DNA from: Phaeosaccion multiseriatum
Lineage: Eukaryota > Protista > Ochrophyta, other classes
Assembly: GCA_965112735.1 (NCBI GenBank)
Contig: OZ218955.1
Span: 1,240,001-1,304,000, forward strand
DNA: 64,000 bases
Direction of reading: 5' to 3'
Positions 1-10,984 of this stretch are shown here, in pieces (the stretch's first letter is position 1; the number at the start of each line of letters is the position of its first letter). Under the pieces are notes generated by a model, which was given only the letters and a program-made list of their open reading frames with translations, did not search any database and was not told the origin of the DNA. Position numbers and translations under genes: made by a program.

Positions 1-1408
1 CGTGTCCTTTTTCAGCAGCAAGGTGGAGGGATGTTGTACCGTCGTTGGCCCCTGTCTCCACCTTTGCCCCCGCAGAAAGAAGCCGCTCCACCACGGCCTC
101 GTGACCATCTTGAGCAGCAAGGTGGAGGGGAGTTGTGCCGTCGTTGGTCGCTGTCTCCACCTTTGCCCCCGTAGAGAGAAGCCGCTCCACCACGGCCTTT
201 TGACCTTTCCAAGCAGCAAGGTGAAGGGGTGTTGAACCATCGGGGGTCCTTGTCTCCACCTTTGCCCCCGCAGAAAAAAGCCGCTCCACCACGGCCTCGT
301 GACCTCCGTATGCGGCCATGTGCAGAGGAGTAAAGCCCTCGAGGTTGGACGCGAGTACGTCCGCCCCTGCAGCCAAAAGTAGCTTCACCACGGCCAAGCG
401 TCCTCTGTGAGCAGCGATCATGAGAGGAGTAAAGCCTTTGTGGCTCCTGGCCTCCACGTTGGCATGCTCATCGAGAAGCTGCTGCACGATGGACGTATGC
501 CCGTACTCCGAGGCTGCGTGAAGGGGAGTGTGGCCGCTCTCATCAGCCCTATCGATGTTGGCGTTGGCCCTGATCAACCGCTGCACCACACCCCCATGCC
601 CTTTTTGGGACGCCAGGACGAGTGGAGTCGTTCCGCTGATGTTGTCTGCTTTGTTTACATCCGCGCCCGCTGCAATGAGTCGCTCCACGACGGAGGTGTG
701 CCCATTCAGAGATGCCATCCAGATCGAAGTACATCCCTCATTATCAGCAGCATTGACACTGGCCCCCGCCAGAAGGAGCTGCTGCACAGTTGTAAGGTGC
801 CCGTCCTCGGCAGCCATAAACAAAGGCGTCACTCCTTCCAGATCGACCTGGTCTACACGGGCCCCGACATCCAACAGCCGCCCCACCACTTCATTGTGTC
901 CCCACCGGCTAGCCTCTATCAATGGCGTGATCCCGTACGACCCTCCCCCGGTGCTGAAGGAGGCCCCCTCCTGCAGCAGAAGGTCCACGACATCCAGTCG
1001 ACCGCATCTCGCAGCCCGTATCATAGCCGTAAGGCCTTCTTCGTCGAAAGGCTTCTCCAACATCGCTTTACCGTGCTTGTCGACGAGCTTCCTAACCAAC
1101 GCCTTCGCAGTGGAGAGGCTTTCCTTTCCAACGATGGCCTGATAGAGTCGCCGCGCCTGGTGTACAGGGGAGGGTTCGAAATAGAAGAAGAAGAGCTTGA
1201 GATCTGGTGCGATTCGCCGCAGCCGGACCGTAGCATGCTCCTCCTCAGCCCAGATGGTTCAACATAGCACGTCAGCTCCCCCGCTCGTAAGCGGTGCGGC
1301 GCTCATACATGCACCGCTGTCTTCCTCCTACCATGCAAGAACAACCGTCTCTCAGTTCAATTCACGCGCAGCTCTTACCTCTGGTGCTATGAGGGTCTGC
1401 TGCGCCAT
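1..1408 (-). CDS. Ankyrin-repeat protein, 3' end beyond the left edge of the window (about 11 repeats visible)
   Basis: Manual minus-strand translation gives canonical repeats, e.g. GHTPLHAASEYGHTSIVQQLLDEHANVEA, GFTPLMIAAHRGRLAVVKLLLAAGADV and DGTTPLHLAAQDGHEAVVERLLSAGAKVE. It is missing from the ORF track because no stop lies in the window. Putative exon 1 is 1379-1408, then a GTAAG..TAG intron at 1328-1378. An in-frame TGA at 1259-1261 makes the true start uncertain. Confidence 0.85.
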
Positions 1409-2431
1409 GGTGAGGATGAATGGTTCCTCCTTCCCCAGCCTCTCTCGCCCTAAGGGGGAAGAGAATCCGGGGGGTCAGCCAGGCGTGTCGCACGAAGAAT
1501 TGACGAGGAGGAAGGGCTCTCTTTAACAACGCAGTCTGCCAATCACAACGGGGGGAAGGTGGTCCTGACTCAAGACAAGCCCCTCCTCCCCAGACGTGCC
1601 CCACTACAAGCGAAGAGGAAGGAGGGCTCTCTCAATAGCTTGCCACGCTCTGCCTATCAGGGTCCTTTCCCTTTGCTACACATTCCCGCATAGAAATGAA
1701 GAGGCGTCAGAGACACGGAGGCCGGAATATAAGTCAATGGCCCAGGCGTAGGCAGCCATTTCTTCCTTTCTCGTCGTTCACTTAACATCTGTGTGATGCC
1801 TTTCACAATGGGGGGTGGCTGCGAGACATGCGTGACTCGGTGACCCATGGATCGCACTGAGCGAGTGCAAGGCCACTCGACAGCGTCGCTCTCGCTCCCG
1901 TTGATTGCACCGCTCCACGACTCGCGACACGACACACGGGCGTTTCTCAATACACAGGCTTGTCCAAGAGGGCCCCTCGAGTTTTCCTCTCGGATATATA
2001 CTTCTCTGCGACGTGTAGGGGCTATATCAGTTTTACGAAGTATGTCTAACTTGTGTGTGTGCGTGTGTGTGTACGTGTGTGTGTACGCCTAGAACGCCTC
2101 CTATCTAGCCTGCCCCCCTCCTTGGAAGAGCAAAACCCCTACGAAGTCTGCAGATCCATGCACCAACCCCCCCACTCACACCTTGTCGAGGCAGCAGCAG
2201 TCCCTGGGCCACACACGACCCGTGCCGCCTCTCTCCAGAGCGTCCTCAGGCCCTAGAGAAGCACCGCCTCTTTCGCACCGCTCGCGCTGTTCACTCTCCC
2301 GCCGACATGCACCGCTGCTCTATGTGATGTTCCATGGTACCTCGCTCTCGATGCGCGGAGCTTTCCCGCCCATCTCGTCCGTTCGTCTCGGCCCGAATGA
2401 TTGTCGTCCCTCGTCGCGTCTTTTAGCCCTT

Positions 2432-3452
2432 TCAGCTTATTTCCTCCGCCATGCTCTCCCACGTCTCGCTCCCGACACTCCAGGGCCTCTTCAGCGGCAA
2501 AACCCTGCTCTCCTTGCCGAATGTCGGGTCGGTCCTTCGCATCAGGTCCAGTGCGCTTTGAGATCGGAAGAAGGCTGCTGCTGCGTCTCTGAGTCGCTGC
2601 TCAATCTCAGGGCCCAGTCCATTCCGCCATGCCACAGCCAAGGCCTTGTCCACCGAGGCATCGGCTGAGAGGAGCTGCCGCGCAGTGTCATGCTGGTTGA
2701 CATAAATGGCAAGAAGCAGAGGGGTTGAGGCGTTTGGTGCCTGGGACATCGATCGGGGATCCGGCAGAGATGAGACGAGCGACGACGGCCTCGTGTCCAT
2801 AGTGAGCAGCAACGTGGGAGGGGTGTTGAGTACGTGCTGTCTGCACCTTTGCTCCCGCAGAAAGAAGCGGCTCCAACACGGCGTCGTGACCTTTGTGAGA
2901 GGCCATGTGTGCAGAGGAGTGGCGCCCTGGAGGTTAGACGCGAGTACGTCAGCCCCTGCAGCCAAAAGCAGCTTCACCACGGCCAGACACCCTCTGAGAG
3001 CAGCGATCATGAGAGGAGTAAAGCCCTCATCGTCCCTGGCATGCACGTTGGCATGTTCATCAAGGAGCTGCTGCACGATGGACGCATGCCCGTGTGTGTC
3101 TCTGAGTCGCCGCTCAACCCCAGGGCCCGGTCCATCCCGCCGTGCCGCAGCCAAGGCCTTGTCCACCGAGGCATCGGCCGACAGGAGCTGCCGCGAGTGC
3201 CATGGAGCTGCCGCGAGTGCCAGATGACGGCAAGTAGAGGGGTGACGCCGCCGCGTCGTAGGGTGCCGACGCTCAGAGGTTCGGCATCAATGGGGGGGAT
3301 CCTGCAGAGATGAGACGAGCGACGACGGCTTCGTGCCCATTCCGCGCAGCGAGAGTAAGGGGTGACATGCCGTTGTTCCCTGCCGCCTCCACCGGTGCTC
3401 CCTCAGAGAGAAGGCGCTTAACCACGGCGTCGTGACCTTCGTGAGCGGCCAT
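2432..3452 (-). pseudogene. Degenerate ankyrin-repeat paralogue(s): two partial copies fused, with frameshifts
   Basis: 2900-3090 is strongly similar at DNA level to 315-505. A 2-nt insertion (ctgcacacatggcc vs ctgcacatggcc) shifts LH-MASHKGHDAVLEPLLSAGA out of frame. Segment 3091-3195 duplicates 2588-2685, and 3306-3452 resembles 2766-2905. Confidence 0.75.
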
Positions 3453-3680
3453 AGAGAGAGAGAGAGAAAGAGAGGGGAAAAAAGAAACTCAAACTCCTCC
3501 TCCCCCTTCAACTCTCTCATCCTTCCCCCCTCCTCTCCACCTGAAGCCCTCTTGTGTCCAAGAGCTGGGTAGATTTCATCACGCTGCTGCGATACTGCTG
3601 CGTTTCCTCCAACCTTTCTCCCTTTTCCTCAGCCGTTCTTAGGAGGCTTGATCGGGGGGGATTTCCACCATCAGGTCAAC

Positions 3681-4407
3681 ATGTTGTCGTCACGTCTGAG
3701 GCGCAGCGCTCTGGCTGCAGCGACTTCGAAGCCATCATCGTCAGGACGAGCAGCAGCAGGACCAGCAGCAACAACAGTGCTGCGAAGCCAGCAGACCTAC
3801 AGAGTGAGCACTGCCAGCAGCACACAGACTCTCGTGACGGGAGGTGTGCGAAGCTTCCATCAGATCCGCTCCACACCATCCGCTCCCCTCCTCATAGCAG
3901 CCGCAGGGTTGAGGGGAAACTGCTGTCGCCTATGGTCTGGAGTGGTAACTCCTCCCCCCCTGCAGCAGCAGCGGCAGGAGGAGGAGCGGGAGAGGGGACA
4001 CAAGTGGGGAGGGCAGGGGCAAGTGATGCTCAGCACGGGCAGCCGAGCGATGAGCTCCAGCAGTGGAGGTGACGACAAGGTGGGAAGGGAGGCAGGGTGG
4101 AGGCGGGTGGTGGGGGGGGGGGCAGTAGGGGGTCAAGAGCGGGAGGGTAGGAGACGCAAAGAGTAGAGGGTAGAATCGATGTGCAAAGCACACCACCCCG
4201 TAGCACTCATAAGGCCCCTGGCTTTTTGCCCTGGCCTGATGATGGGTGCTCAAAGGCGTATTCAGATCTCCCAGATGATCTCACCTCCCGCCCCCTTGTG
4301 CATCTTGCTCCCTATCCACACACGACCCCATGTTTTTGTCTCTATGATGTTTGTTTTTTGCTTGCGCACCGCGCGGCCCACTTTCTGGGGCCCATTTCGG
4401 CGTGCGG

Positions 4408-4448
<41 letters not shown>

Positions 4449-5048
4449 GAGGAGGAGGAACAACAGGAGCTGAAGCAAGAGAAAATCGCCTGGGGTCAAA
4501 TAGCTGTTGTGTCCGTCGTGCTTAGTGTGGTTGTCGTTGGACTCGGCTTCACTTTCATGGAACTCAACCCCTTCAGAGTGTCTCCCAATACCGTCTTCTC
4601 GGCTGTGAGTGTGGGAGGGGGGGGGGGGTGTAGGGCGAGGGGCGAGGGGGCTGAGATATGTTTTGACGCCAAGTTCATGTGAAGGCATAAGAGCAGGCCT
4701 TGCTCGGCGCACAAGCAAGCAAGCCATACCATGCTGCTCTAGGTTCTGATATCGATTCTCATTGTCTGCCTTTCCCCCCTCCTCCCATATCCCAATTTCT
4801 CCTTGCTTACGATACACATCATGTCATCTCATCTTGCCCATCTTGCTCGCTTACATCACAAAAGGCCTTCGAGGCCGTGCAAGGAGACCCCGATGTGACC
4901 AATCACTTCGGCAGCCCGCTTACGGCGCACGGAAGGGAGCACGGGGGCCATCGGGAAGGACGGAGGAATTTTGTGGAGCACGAAGAGTTCGTAGCGCCAG
5001 AGGATGGCAGCGAACGGCTGCGCATCAGGTGGGGTGGATTGCTTCTCG

Positions 5049-5094
<46 letters not shown>

Positions 5095-6072
5095 GCTGTT
5101 TTTGTTGTTGGTATTGTTGCTGTTGCTGTTTTTGTTGTTGGTATTGTTGTTGTTGGGTCTGTGCGGTGGCCTCGCTGCCTGATACTCGGGTCTCTTCCAA
5201 AGCTCTCCCATGGTCACACCTACCCGCTTCTACCCCATAGGTTTCGTCTTTCTTTTCTTCCTTTCTCGCTTTCTCGCTTCCTTCCCCTCCCTCCCTCTTT
5301 CCTTCCCTCCCTCCCTCCCGCCCCCTCCCTTCCGCCTCCTCTTCTCTCAATCCCCCCGTCCCTCTCCTCCGCCCCTCCGTCCCTCTCCTCCCTCCCCCCT
5401 CAGGTTCCACATCAAGGGTGCCTACTCGGAGGGCCTTGTGTTCGCAGAGGTGTCTAAGAAGATGAAGGGCGAGTGGGTATACCTCATGACTCAGGACTTG
5501 AGGTCAGGGCACATCATCTGCTTGCACGACAAACGGGCTGAGATCATGGCCATGGTGAGTGGGAGGGAGAGGGGAGCGGAGGGGAGGGGAGGAGGGGGGA
5601 AGGAGGGCTTCACAGAGGTGAGGGAGGGGGTGGTGCAGAGAGAGGCGGAGAGAAGGAGAGAGAGACAGAGAAATGGAGAGGGAGAGAAGGAGAAGAGAGA
5701 GAGACAGAGAAATGGAGAGGGAGAGAAGGAGAAGAGAGAGAGACAGAGAAATGGAGAGGGAGAGAAGGAGAAGAGAGAGAGACAGAGAAATGGAGAGGGA
5801 GAGAAGGAGAAGAGAGAGAGACACAGAGAGACAGAATACTGAGGATACAGAGGTGAGACGTGTACTTTCTCCCTATACGCCTCTAAGAACTTTCTTTAAG
5901 AACTTTCTTACAACTGGAACCTTGGAACATTCTTTTCTGACGTGCGTCCCCCATCATCTCCCCGTCCTCGTCCTTTTGCTCCTTATCACCACCATCCCAT
6001 GTGCAGGCGGGTGCCAACAGCGAGGAGGAGAAGGGAGCGCTCTCCAAGCTGCTGGGGGGTGGCCGTTGGTAG
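3681..6072 (+). CDS. TIM21: Mitochondrial inner membrane translocase subunit Tim21
   Basis: Five exons (~3681-4079, ~4410-4604, 4865-5028, 5404-5554, 6007-6072). Arg/Ser/Ala-rich presequence MLSSRLRRSALAA, one TM helix (IAVVSVVLSVVVVGLGFTFMEL), then SPNTVFS-AFEAVQGDPDVTNHFGSPLTAHG..GRRNFVEH..DGSERLRIRFHIKG..GLVFAEV..GEWVYL, typical of the Tim21 intermembrane-space domain. Confidence 0.88.
5655..5835. repeat. 42-bp purine-rich tandem repeat (~4 copies) in a TIM21 intron
   Basis: Core gagagacagagaaatggagagggagagaaggagaaga recurs with a 42-bp period. Confidence 0.85.
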
Positions 6073-6834
6073 TAGTAGCAGTTGGTGATACAGCAGCAGT
6101 AGTAAGAAAGAAAAGGAGGAAAAAAAAAAGATACACTGCCCAGGCATGCAGGGGAAGAGGGGCCCGGGGGGGTGGGGAGGGGGGAAAAGGCTGCCGAGGC
6201 TATCCATCCTCGGCAAAAGAGTTTGCTATGGAAGCTTCTTGTTTGCACCCTCCCCCCCTCTCTGACAACTTACACGCTCCATAGAGCCTGCCCCAGGGTG
6301 GAGGCTCCTTGGAAGGAAAGGAAGGAAGCCATGGGAGGTCCTGCTTCGCCTGGCGGACGGATAGGGTATCCGACCTTCGTGAGCGAAGCGCCCTCTGCCC
6401 GTCTGCAAGTCTTCCCCTCTACTCCGGTGCCCCTCGGCTGTGCCTCCTGTACTTCGGTGGGGTCGGAGGACGCGGGGAGTGTTGAGAGAATGGGAGGGGG
6501 TAGCAGCAACAGCAAACAGAGACTACAGAAGACAGGGAAGATGGAAAGGGGAAGGAGGATCGTGATACCGATCCGTGATTATAAAAAGGCAAGAGTTTCT
6601 TACAATGTAGAGAGTCGAAGAGAGGGACCAGGCGCAGTACGAGTTTCAGTTTGTTTCATTGGCTTATCCGACCCTGACCTTCCCACATTCCTTCTTGCTC
6701 GGGTTGCTTTTCTGCTTCGCTGCTGGCTAAAGAGGGTAAAGCTGTTGGTCCCGCTCACAATGAGCTTCTATTTACTGGGGCATTGCTGAACTGCGTGTCA
6801 ACATATCGCCTCTTCCCGAAGAAAGTGGAGTGCG

Positions 6835-9014
6835 ATGGCCTCAGAAGAGGAGCTTGAGGTTGAGGGGCTTGAGGCTGAAGGTGTGGACGTCGCCGACGTC
6901 AACCCCTTGCTTACGAAGTCCGTGAAGGAGCTCGTTCGAAGAGAGGAGCCCTACCCTCAGATAAGGAAGGACGGCTCCACCAACGAAGGGTACTTCCGCG
7001 ACCCCAACACCTTCACCCCTTACGACGAGGAAGCCCTGAGTCTCCCGCCCGAGCGCACCAATGAGTATGTATACGATACGCAGTGCCATGCGGCGGAGCA
7101 GACGCTGGCTTCGATCATCGAAATGGGTAATAACTGGGTGCACCTTGTGGCCCAAATGCAGAGTGGAAAGACAGGCGTGATGCGACAGCTCACGTACCTG
7201 CTCACGCACACGACGAGCGCCCACTGCCGCGAGCTGCAGCGGCGGATGGGCTTGACGGATGACTCGGGCTCTACGCAGGACTTTTGCTGGGTCATCAACG
7301 CCATCTCCGACAGCCTCCTCTTGGAGCAGACGAGACTCACCTTGGGCACCATCCCTGGCTTCGACGCCGCCAACCGAGTGTTCCACACACCCCAGATTAA
7401 GGAAATGGAGAAGTGGTTCCCGAAGATGCGGCAAAAGTCCGTCATTATGCACGACGAGAGTCACTATGGTTCCAACTCGTCCGGTCGAATGTCGAAAATC
7501 TTCGACAAGCTCGAGGCGCCCGCGTACTTCGATGGACCCGCCATGAAGAAGAATGAGCTGTACGTTGTCTCCGTCTCCGCCACACCCTTCCCCGAGATGG
7601 GGGAGAATGCACATGCAGATGTGTCGGACGGGGTGGGAATGGTACGGATGGAAACGGGGAACGGCTACTATGGGGTGAGTGACATGCTGAGGAGGACCAA
7701 TCCACCCGTTCTCGTGGATACCAAGTCCGACCGCTTCTGTCAGCGACTCTTTAAGGCGTACAAGCCACCCAAGAAGACCAAGACCAAGGCGACGAAGGGA
7801 GGGGGGAAGGGCAAGGAGGAGGAGAAGAAGGAGGAGCATACGCTGCTGACGAGGAAGGAGGCAGCCGAGTTTCGGACAACCATGGACGAACTCGTGGGCA
7901 AGATGGTCGCCATCCGTACGCAGCAGAAGGGCGGCAAGGGCTACTATGCCTTCGTCCGCGCAGGCGGGACCAAAGAGAAGATGGCATGGAGGGGGAGGTT
8001 CCAACAGCATATGGCAACCCACGCCAGGGGGCAGGTGCTTGTGCTGGAGTGGGACACAGAAAAGGGAAACTCGGACGTGCTCTCCACCTACAACAAGGCC
8101 ATGAGGGAGCTCTATCCGGACACGTGGCAAGACGTGGGGGTAGGGCAGGGGACTGGCAAAGGTCAGGACCACCTCGCTACTCTGCTGGCCGTGGAGCCAC
8201 CGCTGATTGTAGTGATCCTCATCAAGGCCATGCTCAAGTGCGGAAAGAGCATCAAGACGGGCAACGTGGGCCTCGTGCTGGAATGTGAGTAGGATGGGAG
8301 GAAGGGAAAGTTGAGAGTTTCCGTTTCAGTTTGCCCTTTTATGCTCGCGCTTTCATCAACCTCTCAAGTATCGGGTTGGGTTTGTTCGGTCGGTGTGTGG
8401 TGGGTGGGCGGTCGGTCACCTACGGCAAAGCAGCTCTCCCTCCAGTCACTCACGCCTCTGCCCACCTTGCTTGCTTTGGTGCGCGTGTGTGTGTGTGTTC
8501 GCTCTCATTTTTTTTGCATTAGATCCTGCCAACGCCTCAAATGTGGACACAGTTGTGCAAGGTCAGTGGGAATGTCAGGGGAAGGAGGAAGGGGGTGAGG
8601 GAGGAAGGGGGCTTTGTAAGTCAACACACGCCTCACGCACGTATGCGTCCTGCTCTACCCACCCACCCACAGGGCTTGTTGGGCGCTGCTGCGGTTATGG
8701 CAAGAGAGATGACAACGGTAAGTGCGTGGGAGAGGAGGATGGATCGCGCCCTTCACTCCTCCTTACTTTAACCCCACCCCATCCCTCTCTCTCCGTCTCC
8801 AGTCACCATCTGGGCGGATCGACTGTGTGTGGAGCTCTACGCTGCGTGGGTGCAGGACCCAACCCACATCCCCGAGGGAAGGAAGCCAAACGTTAACTTT
8901 GAGAACAACATGTACCAGGCGCAACAGACGAGGCACAGCAAGAAGGGCAAGAAGGGAGGTCGCAAGAGGTCCATACTGCCCAAGTGGATCAAGTGGATAC
9001 CCTGCGTAAGTTAA
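6835..9014 (+). CDS. Atypical superfamily-2 helicase-like ATPase (DExH), prokaryote/giant-virus-like motifs
   Basis: Exons 6835-8284, 8523-8561, 8673-8717 and 8803-9014, joined by three phase-1 GT-AG introns with the frame preserved. Walker A AQMQSGKT, Walker B IMHDESH, motif III SATP, GYYG, and motif VI-like NVDTVVQGLVGRCCGY, which is rebuilt across two introns. A further exon via a GTAAGT donor at 9006 is possible. Confidence 0.8.
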
Positions 9015-9440
9015 GGACGAGAGGAGGAGGAGGAGGAGGAGGAGGAGGATGACGGGGCCTTGTAGGGGCTTTACTCGCCCCCCCTCATGTTTATATTGAA
9101 GGGGCTGTGCCCCTCACAGCCAGCAAAAGCAGCAATGAGAAGGCGCCTTTTCATTGTATTTGTATTTGAAGGAAAGCCTACCAATGAGGCTGTCCAACTT
9201 CGTCATATAATAGAATACATGGGGCAAAATTTTGTATGTACGGTGTCAAGGACTGCACGATTAGCGCCTCATTCGCTCGACTAATGTCTTCACGTACTCA
9301 GTCCTATGCGTCAGCTTCTGTTGTCAGCTTTAAGCGCGGATTCATGAGGGGGTGGGCACCCGCAGGGCTCCCACCTGCTGCTGCTGCTGCTGCTGCTGCT
9401 GCCTCTGCTCCAGAGGTCGTCATAAACGGGCAGTTACAGG

Positions 9441-10085
9441 TCAGGCGCCACCTCTACTCTCGGCGGGGGGCAGAGCTCGCACCCATTGCTGCTGTAATGC
9501 GTTGCTGTGCAGGCCCCAGTTGCGGCTGCAGAGCGTGAGAAGGCCCTGCATTGCAGAAGTATGCTGCTGGTGCTGGTGCTGGTGCTGGTGCTGCTGCGGC
9601 TGCTGCTGAGGTTGAGCTACAAATAGAGCTCCTCCTACTCCTGCTACTCGTGCTGCTACTGGTGCTACTGGTGCTGCCGGTGGTGGTGGTGCTGCTCTAT
9701 CTTGGTCGCTCTGCATCCTTCTTCCTCCTTCCTCCTCCAGTGCCTTCCTCTCGTGCTCCCTCATTTGCCGCCGCTGCCGAATCAGTTCCTCGATCCCTGC
9801 CTCCTCTTCTTCCTCCTCCACCGCGCTCTGCTCCTCCCCGCCCCCGATCCCCGCAACACGCTTCCGTCTCCGCAAGTACTTCCTCAGGAACTCCCTCTTG
9901 CTCATGGTAGAGAGCTCGAGTGGCGTGTAGTACATGGCTGGTTTGAGAGAGTGTAGCTCCCTTCGCCCCTCCATCAGCTTCACCTGAACGGTCGAATTGA
10001 AGGTGACTTTGGCCCCCGCCCTCCCGACTGCGTGTACTGCTTTTTTGCCCACCTTTGACCTGCTATTCCATACCCGCGCCCACAT
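9441..10085 (-). CDS. Hypothetical protein with KVTF..VQV (RVxF-type PP1 docking) motif
   Basis: 214-aa ORF. KVTFNSTVQVKLM..MYYTPLELSTM is followed by basic, acidic and low-complexity segments. Start and end are uncertain. Confidence 0.5.
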   Translation of the reverse strand: MWARVWNSRSKVGKKAVHAVGRAGAKVTFNSTVQVKLMEGRRELHSLKPAMYYTPLELSTMSKREFLRKYLRRRKRVAGIGGGEEQSAVEEEEEEAGIEELIRQRRQMREHERKALEEEGGRRMQSDQDRAAPPPPAAPVAPVAARVAGVGGALFVAQPQQQPQQHQHQHQHQQHTSAMQGLLTLCSRNWGLHSNALQQQWVRALPPAESRGGA

Positions 10086-10631
10086 CTGGACCCTGTTGCT
10101 TCTGCCTCAGGAGCAGGGCTGGAGCGTGAAGCGTGCCTGGGAGGGTTAAGTCCAGCGCTGAGCCTCTCGCGCAAGTGTGTGGGTCCCAAAGCCGGCTTTG
10201 GGGTCCGCTCAAATTCCTTCTCTCTCTCTCTCTCCAAGCAACTCTACTGCTACTGCTGGTGCTATTACTACTTCTGCTTGTTTGTATGAGTCTGTCTGTC
10301 TGAGGAGTAGGGATGTGGTGTGAGGCTCTGAGTCCTCTACAGTTGTACAGTAGACGCGGGGGAAAGGAAGGGGGAAAGAAGGATTATTTTTACGGCGTTT
10401 TTTTTTTTGAAAGAAGAAGGAATCATTTTACTTTTAAGGGGATAGAACGCTTGGCGACCCTTCGTCTCTTCACCTTCCATCTATTTCCTTCCTTACAGCA
10501 TTGCAGCTACTAACCTCTCACTTTCCTTAATCTCTCCTACAACTCCCTCCCTCCCTCCGTCCGCCCCTCCCTCCCAATAAGCTCCTCCAAGCGAGGAATG
10601 AGCAGCGCATAGCTCACCCTCACGCTCACGC

Positions 10632-10972
10632 TCGACCCCTGACACGCTATCGCTCACATTCTCGATAGCGCGCTATCGCGCCCCGGCGGGCCCGATAGCG
10701 CGCTATCGGCCGCCGGCCAATAGCGGATAGCGTGCCGGCTGGCGCCGGCCGATAGCGGATAGCGCGCCGGCTGGCGTCAGCTCTCCCCCCCCCCCCCCCC
10801 GGTGCGGTAGCAGCTGACGCTGGCGATAGCGGATAGCGCGCCGGCTGGCGCCGGCGATAGCGGATAGCGAGCCGGCTGCGCGCCGGCGATAGCGGATAGC
10901 GCGCCGGAGATAGCGGATAGCGTGCCGGCTGGCGCCGGCGATAGCGATAGCGGATAGCGTGTCAGGGGTCGA
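10632..10972. mobile_element. MITE-like non-autonomous element, 341 bp, 20-bp perfect TIRs, 6-bp TSD
   Basis: TCGACCCCTGACACGCTATC (10632-10651) and its exact reverse complement (10953-10972). Flanking direct repeat TCACGC at 10626-10631 and 10973-10978. The interior is built of GATAGCGGATAGCG(C/T)GCCGGCTGGCGCCGG subrepeats. Confidence 0.88.
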
Positions 10973-10984
10973 TCACGCCCACTC

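Noticed and set aside
6841-8172. 443-aa antisense ORF over the helicase-like gene (likewise 407-1267 over the ankyrin gene)
   Set aside because: Shadow ORFs expected from GC-rich codon usage, with no recognisable motifs.
6835-10972. Endogenous giant-virus or Polinton insertion spanning the helicase and the MITE
   Set aside because: No capsid, polymerase, integrase or packaging ATPase genes and no compositional shift; the neighbours are ordinary host genes.
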